64,000 nucleotides of DNA from Spirochaetota bacterium (lineage in GTDB: Bacteria; Spirochaetota; UBA4802; JAFGDQ01). Positions 10,927 through 21,514 of this stretch are shown here, one piece after another. How positions within the stretch are numbered: position 1 is the stretch's first letter; each line of letters begins with the position of its first letter. The stretch is taken from NCBI GenBank assembly GCA_043803405.1, contig JAZDKB010000016.1, positions 59,634 to 123,633 on the forward strand, given 5' to 3'. Under the pieces are notes generated by a model. That model saw only the letters and a list, made by a program, of their open reading frames with translations. It was not told the DNA's origin and made no database searches. The position numbers and the translations under genes are program-made.

Positions 10927-11928
10927 TCAATTGGCAATCATGCGTTTATCTTTCTGGATCTGATTCCTTATTATATTTTCAATCTCAAGGGTTACTTCCA
11001 GACTGCGGATATCTGCATCATTTGTAATTGAAGGAATCAGCCCGTTATGAATACAGTTGTAAAAATGTTCATGCTCATGTTTTAATGGATTCTCTTTATG
11101 TATAAATAATTCTTCTACAAAAGATTCCTGGCTGTATTTGATCTCTTCTTTTGTTAAAAGATATGCCTGGGAAGCCTGCCTGTGAATGTGAATGTCCTGA
11201 GTTGTATAATCAAGAAAAATATAGGATTTTTCCTGACTTATCGATAAAGTCCTTATCTTTCTCTGGGTTATTCTTGAAGCTGTTACAGTGGCAACACAGC
11301 TGTTTTCAAACAGAAGGATGGCGGTAGCATAGTCTTCATGATCGGAAAACAGTGAACCTCCGAATGCCTTTACGGATGTAACCGGCGAATTAACAATATT
11401 AGTTACAATATCTATATCATGAATCATTAAATCCAGTACTACCCCGACATCTTTTACCCTGTCAGAAAAAGGAGCAAGCCTGCGTGATTCAATAATTATC
11501 GGATTAGTTACAATTTTGTATAATTCCTGAACTGCACCATTGAATCTCTCCACATGGCCTACCTGGAACACTAGCTTATTCTTCTTGGCTTTATTAGCAA
11601 GTTTTCTCGCCTGGTCTATCCTCTCTGTTACCGGCTTTTCAACAAGTACGTGAATATTTCTGTCCAGTGCAAGAGCAGCATATTTGTAATGCAGATATGT
11701 AGGTACTGCAATCACAACAGCCTCAACATTTTCCAGCAAATCTTCAACTTTATTAAAACAATTAATTTTATATTTATTCGATATTTCCCGGGATTTACTT
11801 AAGTCAATATCATATATACCGCACAATGTAATTTTATTTTTTAATGTGGATGCTACGCTAACATGGAACTGTCCCATATGACCAACACCGATAATTCCAA
11901 GTTTCAGTTTTTTCATCTTTGTCTCCAA
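10927..11928 (-). CDS. Gfo/Idh/MocA oxidoreductase (GnnA-like UDP-sugar dehydrogenase)
   Basis: GVGHMG, VEKP, GHVERFN, DLMIHDID motifs. Confidence 0.9.
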   Translation of the reverse strand: METKMKKLKLGIIGVGHMGQFHVSVASTLKNKITLCGIYDIDLSKSREISNKYKINCFNKVEDLLENVEAVVIAVPTYLHYKYAALALDRNIHVLVEKPVTERIDQARKLANKAKKNKLVFQVGHVERFNGAVQELYKIVTNPIIIESRRLAPFSDRVKDVGVVLDLMIHDIDIVTNIVNSPVTSVKAFGGSLFSDHEDYATAILLFENSCVATVTASRITQRKIRTLSISQEKSYIFLDYTTQDIHIHRQASQAYLLTKEEIKYSQESFVEELFIHKENPLKHEHEHFYNCIHNGLIPSITNDADIRSLEVTLEIENIIRNQIQKDKRMIAN

Positions 11929-12087
11929 AGCATATTTAAAACAAATTTTTTTACTTTATATTAGCACTTTTTTAGGGATATCCGATTTATAAATTATGCA
12001 ATTAATTAATTTCAATTTGTCAAATCTTTATTAAAATAAAACTATTGGCATCAAACTAATAAAAGCAAGAACTAAAATAAAATAATA

Positions 12088-13173
12088 TTAAAAAATAATG
12101 CTTTTAATCGCCTCTTTTAACAAGCCGTTTTCAACTTCCTGATTATAAACAGGATTATTTAAACCATTCAAAAGAACAAATTTAAATTTATTATTGCTGT
12201 TTTTTTTATCATATTTCATATGCTTGATAATATCATTTGCATTTAATTTATATTCTTTACTGATTAATTTATATTTTATAATCAAGTCATTAACCATGTT
12301 CGTTTCTTTATCGGTTAGCCAGCCAAGACGCCTGGAAATTTCCATCGCAACTTTTAGTCCAATAGCAACAGCTTCGCCGTGTGAAATGCCCCTAAATTTC
12401 AATAAAGATTCAATTGCATGACCTACCGTATGACCGAAATTTAAAATTGCCCTGATTCCTTTTTCATCCTCATCTTTTTCAACTATTCTACTTTTAAATA
12501 AAACAGATAGATATACAATTTTTGCAATATTATCCGATTCTTTTATTGTTTTCAAGTCATTTTTACATAGAATATTTAATAGTTTATCTTCACCGATAAC
12601 CGCATGTTTTAATACTTCAGTGAGCCCGTTCTTTAATTCGTTTTCGGGTAATGTTTTAATAAAATTAAGTTCGGTAAGAACCATGTCAGGATGATAGAAT
12701 GCGCCGACAATATTTTTCCCGGCCGATAAATTTACGGCAGTCTTCCCTCCTATACTGGAGTCTACCATTGCCAGCAATGTTGTAGGTATATGTATTAAAG
12801 GAATTCCACGCATGTATAATGAAGCAATAAATCCTGCAAAATCACCTACAACTCCTCCACCTATTCCGATGACAGCAGTTTTTCTAGAATAACCTTTCTT
12901 AAGCATTTTATCCAGAAATTTTTCTGCATATTTATAATTTTTATTGTTCTCACCGTCATCCATAATAAAAACATCATAATTGATAATTCCGTTAAATGAC
13001 GCATTAATTAAATCATTGTATAATTCCATAATCCTGGCACTGATAATCAAGGCGTATCTTTCAGCAGATACTAATTTGTTTATTTTTTTAATTTGTTCAA
13101 GAATAGATTGGCCTATTATAATTTTGTATTCTTTATTTTTTGTTCTGGCAGTAATTGACTTCAGCTTAACCAT
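12088..13173 (-). CDS. aroB: 3-dehydroquinate synthase
   Basis: GGGVVGDFAGF, PTTLLAMVDSSIGGKTAVN, LNFGHTVGHAIE, HGEAVAIG. Confidence 0.97.
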   Translation of the reverse strand: MVKLKSITARTKNKEYKIIIGQSILEQIKKINKLVSAERYALIISARIMELYNDLINASFNGIINYDVFIMDDGENNKNYKYAEKFLDKMLKKGYSRKTAVIGIGGGVVGDFAGFIASLYMRGIPLIHIPTTLLAMVDSSIGGKTAVNLSAGKNIVGAFYHPDMVLTELNFIKTLPENELKNGLTEVLKHAVIGEDKLLNILCKNDLKTIKESDNIAKIVYLSVLFKSRIVEKDEDEKGIRAILNFGHTVGHAIESLLKFRGISHGEAVAIGLKVAMEISRRLGWLTDKETNMVNDLIIKYKLISKEYKLNANDIIKHMKYDKKNSNNKFKFVLLNGLNNPVYNQEVENGLLKEAIKSIIF

Positions 13174-13604
13174 TTTTTACCTTTATAAATAGTATTGTTT
13201 AAACCAAGTAAAATATTTTCGAGTTCAGTTTTAACCGGAGGAACAATTTGCAGGTTCTTAAGCTTTTGAATATTAAAAAAACCAAAGTCGTGAAGTCTGT
13301 TTTCGTTGCTAAGTACATATGTACCTGTGCTATGTGCACAAAAAAAGCATATATTCTCTATATGCTTTTTTAAATCCGGAGATATTGAATCATATACTAA
13401 CGCAATATCATTAACTTTAACTATAATATTAAGTTCTTCTTTTATTTCCCTTATTAAAGCTTCTTCAAGTGATTCGCCCGGATTTACGCCGCCCCCCGGA
13501 AGCATCCAGTAAACCGAATCCTCTTTCCTGTGAGCGATTAGAAGGATCTCACTATTTTCGATTATAACAGCAGCAACCCTGATCCTGATATTTAAATTGT
13601 CCAT
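13161..13604 (-). CDS. NUDIX hydrolase
   Basis: Nudix box GGGVNPGESLEEALIREIKEEL. Confidence 0.92.
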   Translation of the reverse strand: MDNLNIRIRVAAVIIENSEILLIAHRKEDSVYWMLPGGGVNPGESLEEALIREIKEELNIIVKVNDIALVYDSISPDLKKHIENICFFCAHSTGTYVLSNENRLHDFGFFNIQKLKNLQIVPPVKTELENILLGLNNTIYKGKKWLS

Positions 13605-13613
13605 ATCGACATT

Positions 13614-14372
13614 TTAAACCGGGAATTCCCCTCTCCATATATCCTCTAAAATTACTTTAGCTGCGTCCATCTCGGCTTTTCGTTTACTCGTACCGTTTCC
13701 TACCGATACATCTTTCCCGTGGATGATTAATTTGACTGTAAATTGCTTTTTGTGATCGGGCCCGCTTTCATTAACAATTTCATATTGCGGCCGTTCTTTA
13801 TATTTTGCCTGTACGTATTCCTGCAGTGCGGTCTTGGGATCTCTTAAATATGATTGTTTGTCAATTCTTTCAACGTGGCTTTTCAGAAGCGATAATACGT
13901 ATTTTTTACTATCTTTTAAACCTGCGTCAAGATAAAGGGCTCCAATTATTGCTTCGAACGTATTTGCCAGAATTGAAGATCTATCTCTTCCTCCGCATCG
14001 TTCTTCACCTTTGCCCATTAGAAGAAAACTTCCCAGATTTATTTCAGCTGCAACCTTTGCTAAAGTCGACTCGGATACGACCGCAGATTTAATTTTTGCA
14101 AGATCTCCTTCCGGATAATCCTCATATCGCTTGAATAAATACTCATTTATTATAACAGCTAATACTGAGTCGCCAAGATATTCGAGCCTTTCATTATCCT
14201 TAAGAGTTCTGTATTCATTAACATATGAACGATGAGTTAATGCTCTATTTAATAAACTTTTGTCTTTGAACTTAATTTTTAGATTTTTCTGTAGTTTATT
14301 TAATTGCCTATACCTTTTTGTTCTATTATTATTATTCTCTTTTTGATTTTCCTTGTTTTCTTCAGAATCCAT
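13614..14372 (-). CDS. rnc: Ribonuclease III
   Basis: ALTHRS, NERLEYLGDSVL, C-terminal dsRBD (DPKTALQE...GPDH). Confidence 0.98.
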   Translation of the reverse strand: MDSEENKENQKENNNNRTKRYRQLNKLQKNLKIKFKDKSLLNRALTHRSYVNEYRTLKDNERLEYLGDSVLAVIINEYLFKRYEDYPEGDLAKIKSAVVSESTLAKVAAEINLGSFLLMGKGEERCGGRDRSSILANTFEAIIGALYLDAGLKDSKKYVLSLLKSHVERIDKQSYLRDPKTALQEYVQAKYKERPQYEIVNESGPDHKKQFTVKLIIHGKDVSVGNGTSKRKAEMDAAKVILEDIWRGEFPV

Positions 14373-14419
14373 TTTCCATTCTTTTTCAAGATTAAGAAAA
14401 AATATTTTTACTTATTTTT

Positions 14420-14656
14420 TTATTTCTGTCTAGCTTCAATATAGTCAATTATATCTGCTACTGTCACAATTTTTTCTGCGTCTGTATCGGGTATTTCTAT
14501 CCCGAACTCTTCCTCCAGAGCCATTACAAGTTCTACAGTATCAAGCGAATCCGCGCCAAGATCATCTACAAAAGATGCTTCTTTTGTAACCTCCGATTCA
14601 TCTACACCGAGCTGATCAACAATTATCTGCTTAATTTTTTCAAAATCTACCGCCAT
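14420..14656 (-). CDS. acpP: Acyl carrier protein
   Basis: [25 protein letters not shown]-type SD upstream. Confidence 0.98.
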   Translation of the reverse strand: MAVDFEKIKQIIVDQLGVDESEVTKEASFVDDLGADSLDTVELVMALEEEFGIEIPDTDAEKIVTVADIIDYIEARQK

Positions 14657-14742
14657 TTTATCTCCATCCTCCTTAAATTTTTCATTTAACTAATGTTTTA
14701 AAATACTAAAATAATAAAGGAAACATTTTAATAAATTAATGC

Positions 14743-14777
14743 AAAAGCCTTTATCCAACCTTTCAGTTGCGGACGGC
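14743..14777 (-). terminator. Possible terminator or leader hairpin between rpmF and acpP
   Basis: Minus strand gccgtccgcaacuGAAAgguuggauaaaggc followed by uuuu. Confidence 0.3.
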
Positions 14778-14857
14778 ACTAATTTTTGAAAAATGTATTT
14801 TAAGAGCATAAAGTTTAAATTATATAATAAAATTTAATATAAAAAATCACAATATAA

Positions 14858-15055
14858 TTATTTGGCTTCTTTTATTTTTACTCTTGGTTCTTTTACAAGA
14901 ACACCTTTATAATGGCCGCACTCCGGGCAAACCCTGTGAGAAAGCACATAGGCTCCGCATTTGGAGCAAGGCCTTAAATTTGGAACACCGATCGCATCAT
15001 GAGATCTTCTCATTCTGGATTTTGCTTTTGATTTTCTTCTCTTTGGTAAAGCCAC
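14858..15055 (-). CDS. rpmF: 50S ribosomal protein bL32 (Zn-binding type)
   Basis: ALPKRRKSK...CSKC...[13 protein letters not shown] start. Confidence 0.97.
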   Translation of the reverse strand: MALPKRRKSKAKSRMRRSHDAIGVPNLRPCSKCGAYVLSHRVCPECGHYKGVLVKEPRVKIKEAK

Positions 15056-15156
15056 GATATTACTCCATAATTTTTTTGAAATAAAGACTCACTGATAATT
15101 CAAGTAAGTTGTAATGTCAAGATATTTTTCTTTAATGTTACTCTGCACTTACATAG

Positions 15157-15861
15157 CTAATTTTTTAAATTATTTGCCTGTTTACTCTGGTAACTAAGCA
15201 ACAAGATTCTTTTTTTTGCTTTTGAAGCAAACAATGAAGCCGGATAATCGGATATTACTTTTTGATAATATTCTCTCGCTTTCGACATATTACCCTTTGA
15301 ATGATACATTCTGCCTAAATTATAATAAATTTCATCCGAAACAGAACAACCTTTATAATCATTTTCAAGGCGTTGATACACTTCAATAGCTTTATTATTA
15401 TCTTTTAGTTTTTCGTATGCAATGCCTGCCCGCTGAAGAGCTAAGGGAGCAAAAAAAGAAGACGGTGATTTATCAACAAATTTTAAAAAATAATTTTTGC
15501 CTTCATTATAATTATTTGCGGAAAAATATAATCCCGCTATAATATAATAACCATTATCATTGACATATCCCCAGATTGACTTATTAACTAAATTATTAAT
15601 TTCATCAATTGTCTTTTGAATATTTTTTTCTTTATTTGTTTCAATAGAATAATACTTATCAATAATAAGCTCCAATTCCTTAATGTCATTTTTCTCACGG
15701 CTTTTAATATACATTGTACCGGAAACGATAAGGATCAATATAATTATAATTGAAATAAATGAATAGATAATAGTCTTTTTGTTTTTAATAAAAACATCTT
15801 TCATTCTCATCAAAAATGTTTCTATTAAATTTCGTTTTATTTCGATTTTTCTTTCAATCAT
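15157..15861 (-). CDS. Membrane-anchored TPR protein (YfgM-like)
   Basis: N-terminal TM helix then TPRs; directly follows rpsA. Confidence 0.75.
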   Translation of the reverse strand: MIERKIEIKRNLIETFLMRMKDVFIKNKKTIIYSFISIIIILILIVSGTMYIKSREKNDIKELELIIDKYYSIETNKEKNIQKTIDEINNLVNKSIWGYVNDNGYYIIAGLYFSANNYNEGKNYFLKFVDKSPSSFFAPLALQRAGIAYEKLKDNNKAIEVYQRLENDYKGCSVSDEIYYNLGRMYHSKGNMSKAREYYQKVISDYPASLFASKAKKRILLLSYQSKQANNLKN

Positions 15862-15867
15862 GATAAA

Positions 15868-17541
15868 CTATCGTTCTCCCAGTTTTATCTTAATGAAATC
15901 ACCAATAGTTACTTTTTTTGAACTGCTGTCATTTAAAACTTTGTCGAGTTCTTCTTTCTCTAATGCAGCGTCGTATTTTTTCATGCTAAGTGACAACCTT
16001 TTCTTGCCTACATCTATTCCCAGTACTTCAACATTTACTTCATCCCCTACTTTGAACCGCTCAGCTAAATTTTCGATCCTTTTATGCGATATTTCAGAGA
16101 TATGCACAAGCCCTTCAATATCATCCTCTATTTTAACAAATATACCGAAAGAAACTACGCCCGATACTATTCCCAAAAGCCTTGTTCCCAAAGGATATTT
16201 TTCATTTACGATCTCCCATGGTGATTTTGTAAGTTGTTTAATCCCGCAGGAAATTTTCATTTCATCTTTTTTAATTTCCAATATTTTATATTCAATTAAA
16301 TTCCCGACTTTAAAAAGTGCTCCCGGTTCTTTAATATTTTCATCCCAGCTGATATCTGAAATATGTATTAATCCGTCAATGCCATCTTCAAGCTCAACAA
16401 ATAGACCAAAACTGACTATCTTTTTTATTTTACTTTTATTTATTGTTCCAACCTGAAATTTATCATTAATAGTATCCCATGGATTAGGAATCAACTGTTT
16501 ATAGCTTAATGGAATTTTTCTTTCTTCCTTTTTAATATCAAGTATCTTTGCCTCAATTCTCTGACCTTTTGTAAAAATATCTTTTGGATTGACGCTCCTT
16601 TTAGTCCAGGATATTTCACTTGAATCAATAAATCCATCAATACCATCTTCTAATTCCACAAAAGCCCTAAAATTAGTAAGTGTAACGATTTCCCCGGTAA
16701 CGATATCTCCGATTTTAAATTTATCTTCAACCTTACTCCATGGTTCTTCAGTGAGTTGTTTTAATCCCAGCGATATTTTTCCGTTATCCCTGTCAATATT
16801 TAAAATAACAAAGTCCCGTACTTCGTCAGCTTCTAAAAGCGTTTTTGGTTTAAACACTCTTTTCCATGACATATCGTTCTTGTGCAGCAATGCTTCAAGG
16901 CCGTCAATTTCAATAAAGGCTCCGAATTCGACAAATTTTTTAACTTTCCCCTGCACCTTATCGCCTATTTTATATTTTGCTACAAATCCATCCCATAGCT
17001 TTTTATTCTCTTCTTCCATATATTCTTTTCTGGAAAGGAGTATAGAATGCCTTTTTGCATCAATACTTATAATTTTAAACCAGTAAGTAGTATCGGAGTC
17101 CAGGTTTTTCTTAATCCGTAAATCACCTGCAAGAGAAAAAGGTAAAAATCCGTCTACATGATTGCAATCAATTATAAAACCTTTATTATTTGAGCTCCCT
17201 AACTTACCCTGTATATTCAATACTCCGGCTTCATAAATATTGAGAAACTTGGCCCATCGTTTTTCCCTGTCTGCAGCTGCCTTTGAAAAAACGTACATTC
17301 CATCTATTAACCTTTTATTAAGCAATAATACATCTATCTTTTCGCCTATTTGGGGTTTGCTTTTAAACTCATCTAAAGTGACTCTTCCATCCGTTTTAAT
17401 TCCAACATTCACATAAGCAAAATCATTGTCTATTGTTACTATTTCGCCTTTTAAAATCTTATTAGGTTCAATTATATCTATCGGGAAGTCCGCTATCTGC
17501 TGCATATCAATGTTATCTTCATATTTCTCACTAATAATCAT
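15868..17541 (-). CDS. rpsA: 30S ribosomal protein bS1
   Basis: Six S1 repeats (FGAFIEI, FGLFVEL, FGIFVKI...HISEIS); follows cmk. Confidence 0.95.
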   Translation of the reverse strand: MIISEKYEDNIDMQQIADFPIDIIEPNKILKGEIVTIDNDFAYVNVGIKTDGRVTLDEFKSKPQIGEKIDVLLLNKRLIDGMYVFSKAAADREKRWAKFLNIYEAGVLNIQGKLGSSNNKGFIIDCNHVDGFLPFSLAGDLRIKKNLDSDTTYWFKIISIDAKRHSILLSRKEYMEEENKKLWDGFVAKYKIGDKVQGKVKKFVEFGAFIEIDGLEALLHKNDMSWKRVFKPKTLLEADEVRDFVILNIDRDNGKISLGLKQLTEEPWSKVEDKFKIGDIVTGEIVTLTNFRAFVELEDGIDGFIDSSEISWTKRSVNPKDIFTKGQRIEAKILDIKKEERKIPLSYKQLIPNPWDTINDKFQVGTINKSKIKKIVSFGLFVELEDGIDGLIHISDISWDENIKEPGALFKVGNLIEYKILEIKKDEMKISCGIKQLTKSPWEIVNEKYPLGTRLLGIVSGVVSFGIFVKIEDDIEGLVHISEISHKRIENLAERFKVGDEVNVEVLGIDVGKKRLSLSMKKYDAALEKEELDKVLNDSSSKKVTIGDFIKIKLGER

Positions 17542-17586
17542 AGTCCTAACCCTGTTAATAATAACATATTTTATTTATAAACCTGT

Positions 17587-18261
17587 TTAAAGGCTGTTAA
17601 TTAATTGAATTACTTTTTTAATAACATCGTTCTTAGTCATATTTGTAGAATCCAGATAAAATGCGTCATTTGCTTTAACAAGACGTCCATACGGCCTTGA
17701 TTTGTCCTGTTCATCACGTAGCGCAATCTGGTCGGCTATGCGCTTTATGTCAACATTTTTTCCTTTTTCTTCATATTCATTAACTCTACGTTGTGCTCTC
17801 ACGTCGACTGAGGCGTCAAGATAAATTTTTAAATCTGCAAGCGGGAAAACAACTGTTCCAATATCCCTGCCGTCCATAATAACGGTATCTTCAAGTGCCC
17901 AATCTCTTAAAATTATATTAACATAATTCCTTATAGCGATATTATCTGAAACAACTCCAATATTATCTGCTATTGCAGTATCCCTGATCTCTTCCGAAAT
18001 ATCATTACCATTCACTGAAGTAGAACATGAACCGTCTATATTAAATTGCTGATCTATTTTAATATTAGTAAGATCATTAACATATTCTTTAGGCTGCAGT
18101 TGTGTGCCATATTTTTGCATTAAAATCCATGTTATAGATCTGTACACTGCACCGGAATCAATATATTTTAACTTTAGTTTTTTAGCCACTTCTTTTGATA
18201 TGCTGCTTTTACCTGATCCGGCAGGACCGTCAATAGCTACAATAATTCGTTTTTTAGCCAC
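17587..18261 (-). CDS. cmk: Cytidylate kinase
   Basis: AIDGPAGSGKSS, DSGAVYR, MDGRDIGTVVFP. Confidence 0.97.
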   Translation of the reverse strand: MAKKRIIVAIDGPAGSGKSSISKEVAKKLKLKYIDSGAVYRSITWILMQKYGTQLQPKEYVNDLTNIKIDQQFNIDGSCSTSVNGNDISEEIRDTAIADNIGVVSDNIAIRNYVNIILRDWALEDTVIMDGRDIGTVVFPLADLKIYLDASVDVRAQRRVNEYEEKGKNVDIKRIADQIALRDEQDKSRPYGRLVKANDAFYLDSTNMTKNDVIKKVIQLINSL

Positions 18262-18329
18262 AGTTTATCGCCGTATAATTATATTTTGTTAAAATGATAT
18301 GCAAAATACCTGGTGTACCGAGTTCTATT

Positions 18330-18983
18330 TTATTCTTTATCTTCGTAGCAAAATTCTTCGATTTCAGATAAATTCGGCAAATCGGAAAGATTTTTAAAAC
18401 CAAAATGTTTTAAAAATTCATCTGTAGTTCCATAAAGTAGCGGTCTGCCAGGCACTTCTTTTCTGCCAATCGGTTTTACAAGATTTCTTTTCATTAATTT
18501 GGCAAGCATCATCCTTGAGGAAACACCCCGAAGTTCATCTATTTGAGCCATGATAATAGGCTGTTTATAGGCAATTATAGAAAGAGTTTCCAGCATTCCT
18601 TTTGATAGGCCTTCTTTTTTATCAAAAAATAAACTTTTTCTTATATCTTCAGCAAAAATACTTCGGGTAATAAACTGATATCCACCCGAAATCTCCTTTA
18701 ATATCAATCCGCCGCTTCTTTCTTCATATTCGTCTGCCAATGAATCTAAAATAATCTTGGCGTTTTTGGATTCAATCCCGAAATTTTTTGAAAAAAATGA
18801 TATGGGTAATGGTTCATTGGAAAGAAATAAAATAGCTTCAAATAAACCATAAAAATATTTTTCATCTTTATTGATTATTTTATCTGTTGCAAAAGAATCG
18901 GACGAATCTTCATTATTAGACTCTGACTCTATTAAGTCATCGTTAGAATCTTCAACATTCTGATTAGGAATTACTTCATTCAT
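18330..18983 (-). CDS. scpB: Segregation and condensation protein B
   Basis: EAILF, LETLSIIAYKQP, RGV, PGRPLLYGTT. Confidence 0.95.
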   Translation of the reverse strand: MNEVIPNQNVEDSNDDLIESESNNEDSSDSFATDKIINKDEKYFYGLFEAILFLSNEPLPISFFSKNFGIESKNAKIILDSLADEYEERSGGLILKEISGGYQFITRSIFAEDIRKSLFFDKKEGLSKGMLETLSIIAYKQPIIMAQIDELRGVSSRMMLAKLMKRNLVKPIGRKEVPGRPLLYGTTDEFLKHFGFKNLSDLPNLSEIEEFCYEDKE

Positions 18984-19029
18984 ATTATTCGTAATAATTT
19001 AGGATCTAAATAAATAAATTTGGAGTGTG

Positions 19030-19767
19030 TCAATTGCGCAGTATTCTTATGTCACCAAAAATTCTATGCTGTAATATTTTTATTTTCCCATATTTTGCCA
19101 GTTCAAGTATTGCCATAAAAGTAACTATTAATTCCATTCGTCCGGGATTATTGGCAAACAAGTCGGTAAAAAAAATATTACTTGTTTTCTCTAAAAGAGA
19201 ATTGATTGAATCAATCATGTCACTTACGAGAATTTCGTCAAACACAATTTCTTCATGGATAATTTCTTCTTTCTTATGCAAAATTTTTGCAAATGCATTA
19301 AGAAGATCGTATAGCGACACACCGACATAATTTTCGTCAGTTATTTCCTGGATTACATTTTCTCTGTGAAAAACATTCGCAAAATTATCATAGTAATCTT
19401 TAAGCTTTAACGAAGTTAACTGATACTTTTTATACTCGATTAATTTTTCAACTAAATCCGGTGGGAAAGGGGGGATAAAATATTCGTCTTCGATATCGCC
19501 GCTCGGCAGAAGAGCCTTCGATTTATAATACAACAATTCGGAAGCCATTAAAACAAATTCTGAAGCTATTTTTACGTTCATCTTATTCATAAGCTTCAGA
19601 TATTCTATATACTGTTCCGTTATTTGAGCAATATATATCTCTGTTACATCAATTTTTGCTCTTTTGATCAAATCCCATAATAGATCGAGTGGGCCTTCAA
19701 AATTTTCAATATTTAATATGTAATTATTATTCTTCTCATTGCTAAAGTCTTCTTTCGCTACATCCAT
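19030..19767 (-). CDS. scpA: Segregation and condensation protein A (kleisin)
   Basis: FEGPLDLL, KSKALLP, FMAILEL. Confidence 0.95.
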   Translation of the reverse strand: MDVAKEDFSNEKNNNYILNIENFEGPLDLLWDLIKRAKIDVTEIYIAQITEQYIEYLKLMNKMNVKIASEFVLMASELLYYKSKALLPSGDIEDEYFIPPFPPDLVEKLIEYKKYQLTSLKLKDYYDNFANVFHRENVIQEITDENYVGVSLYDLLNAFAKILHKKEEIIHEEIVFDEILVSDMIDSINSLLEKTSNIFFTDLFANNPGRMELIVTFMAILELAKYGKIKILQHRIFGDIRILRN

Positions 19768-19922
19768 TTTAAATACTTATCCATATTCATTGCTAATATT
19801 AAAAGTTAATTTAAAATTATTTTAAAATAATTTAAAAGTGATATTATTATGTGCTTATTAATATTCATTCACTATCTTAATGAATAATAATATTAAAATT
19901 CGAAGCTAATAAATCACAAATT

Positions 19923-20282
19923 TTACGATAAAGCTTTTTCAGCTGCTTTTTGCAATCTCTCAGGCGGGAATGGTTTTACAACGAAATCCTTAACTCCGAT
20001 TTTAATTGCTTTTGTCAGCAAATTTTCCTGACCAAGTGCTGTAACCATAATAATTTTAGCAGAAGGATCCATTGCCAGTATTTCTTCAGCCGCTTCAATT
20101 CCATCTTTTTCGCGCATTGTAATATCCATTGTTACTAAATCCGGCTTTAATTTTTTATATATTTCCACCGCAATTTTTCCATTCTCAGCTTCCCCAACTA
20201 TCTCGTGCCCCTTAGGCACTAAGGCGTCTTTTACAAGCGTTCTCATAAATTTTGCATCGTCAACTATTAAAATCTTAGCCAT
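19923..20282 (-). CDS. cheY: Chemotaxis response regulator CheY (cluster 1)
   Basis: Stand-alone REC: VDDAKFMR, TMDITM, VKPF; follows cheB. Confidence 0.92.
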   Translation of the reverse strand: MAKILIVDDAKFMRTLVKDALVPKGHEIVGEAENGKIAVEIYKKLKPDLVTMDITMREKDGIEAAEEILAMDPSAKIIMVTALGQENLLTKAIKIGVKDFVVKPFPPERLQKAAEKALS

Positions 20283-20373
20283 TTTATTTCTCCGTTTAAT
20301 TGATAAAAATTATATTATGACATTTACTATTTTATAATCACAATGCTAACTAATCAACAAAAATTTATTCATA

Positions 20374-21444
20374 TCAAAGCATTTTCACTATATTAATGGG
20401 AATGTCATTTAATGAAACAATTGTATCTATTGCTCCCAATTGAACAGCTACGCGGTTCATCCCGTATACAACAGACGTCTCCTCATTCTGAGCTATTGTG
20501 TATCCTCCATTTTTCTTCACTTTTAAAATACCATTTGCCCCATCCTGTCCCATTCCTGTCATAATTACGCATATTGCATCTTTCCCATAGTGGTCTGCAA
20601 TTGAATTGAATAATACATCAATTGAAGGAATATGACCGGAAACTTTTTGACCGTGATCAAGCCTAATAATCTTTTCACCGTTTTTATCTTCAATTTTCAT
20701 ATGCGAATGGCCAGGCGCAACATATCCGTGACCCGGCAGTATTTTATCTCCTTCTTCAGCTTCCTTAACTTTTAGTCCGGAATTGCTGTTTAATCTTTCA
20801 GCAAAAGCTTTAGTGAACCCTTCCGGCATATGCTGAACAACAAGTACCGGCAATGGAAAGTTTTCCGGGAAGCATCGGAAAATGCTTGCCAGCGCAGACG
20901 GTCCGCCTGTTGAAGTTCCTATTCCGACAACTCTTCTGCTTGTTTCTTTTCCTTCAATCTTTATTACTTCTTTATGAATTTTTTCCTGGGCTTCAGCTTT
21001 TTCCGTTTCATGCCATTTTTTCTTCTCGATTAACTTAACATCGGATTTATGCACAGACTTGACTTTTTCAATCAATAAACTGGCGACTTCATTTATTGTT
21101 ATAGATAAATTTGAAGCCGGTTTAGGAATAAAATCTACTGCACCGTACTCGAGCGCCTTAAATGTTTCCTCAGTACCGTGCCGCGTTAATACGCTTAACA
21201 TTATAACCGGTTTGGGATTTTTTTCAATTATGTGACGAAGAGCTTCGAGTCCGTCCATAACCGGCATTTCGATGTCCATAGTAATAACATCGGGGTTCAA
21301 TACATCATTCTTATAAATAGCGGTTTTACCGTTATTTGCAGTCCCAACGACTTCAATTTCCGGATCGCTCGAAAGAATATCCGTAATGATTTTTCTAGCT
21401 AAAGAAGAATCCTCAACAACAAGTACTTTAATTTTTTGGCTCAT
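20374..21444 (-). CDS. cheB: Chemotaxis methylesterase CheB (cluster 1)
   Basis: REC domain plus GTSTGG, VQHMP, MTGMGQDG. Confidence 0.97.
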   Translation of the reverse strand: MSQKIKVLVVEDSSLARKIITDILSSDPEIEVVGTANNGKTAIYKNDVLNPDVITMDIEMPVMDGLEALRHIIEKNPKPVIMLSVLTRHGTEETFKALEYGAVDFIPKPASNLSITINEVASLLIEKVKSVHKSDVKLIEKKKWHETEKAEAQEKIHKEVIKIEGKETSRRVVGIGTSTGGPSALASIFRCFPENFPLPVLVVQHMPEGFTKAFAERLNSNSGLKVKEAEEGDKILPGHGYVAPGHSHMKIEDKNGEKIIRLDHGQKVSGHIPSIDVLFNSIADHYGKDAICVIMTGMGQDGANGILKVKKNGGYTIAQNEETSVVYGMNRVAVQLGAIDTIVSLNDIPINIVKML

Positions 21445-21514
21445 TAGTTTTTTTTGATTTCTGTTAAGTAAAATTCACTCCGGAAAAGCCAGGAGTTTAC
21501 CATTAAAATAATAA

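Noticed and set aside
19814..19833. Perfect 20-bp palindrome aaattattttaaaataattt upstream of scpA
   Set aside because: A/T-only in a very AT-rich spacer; plausible by chance.
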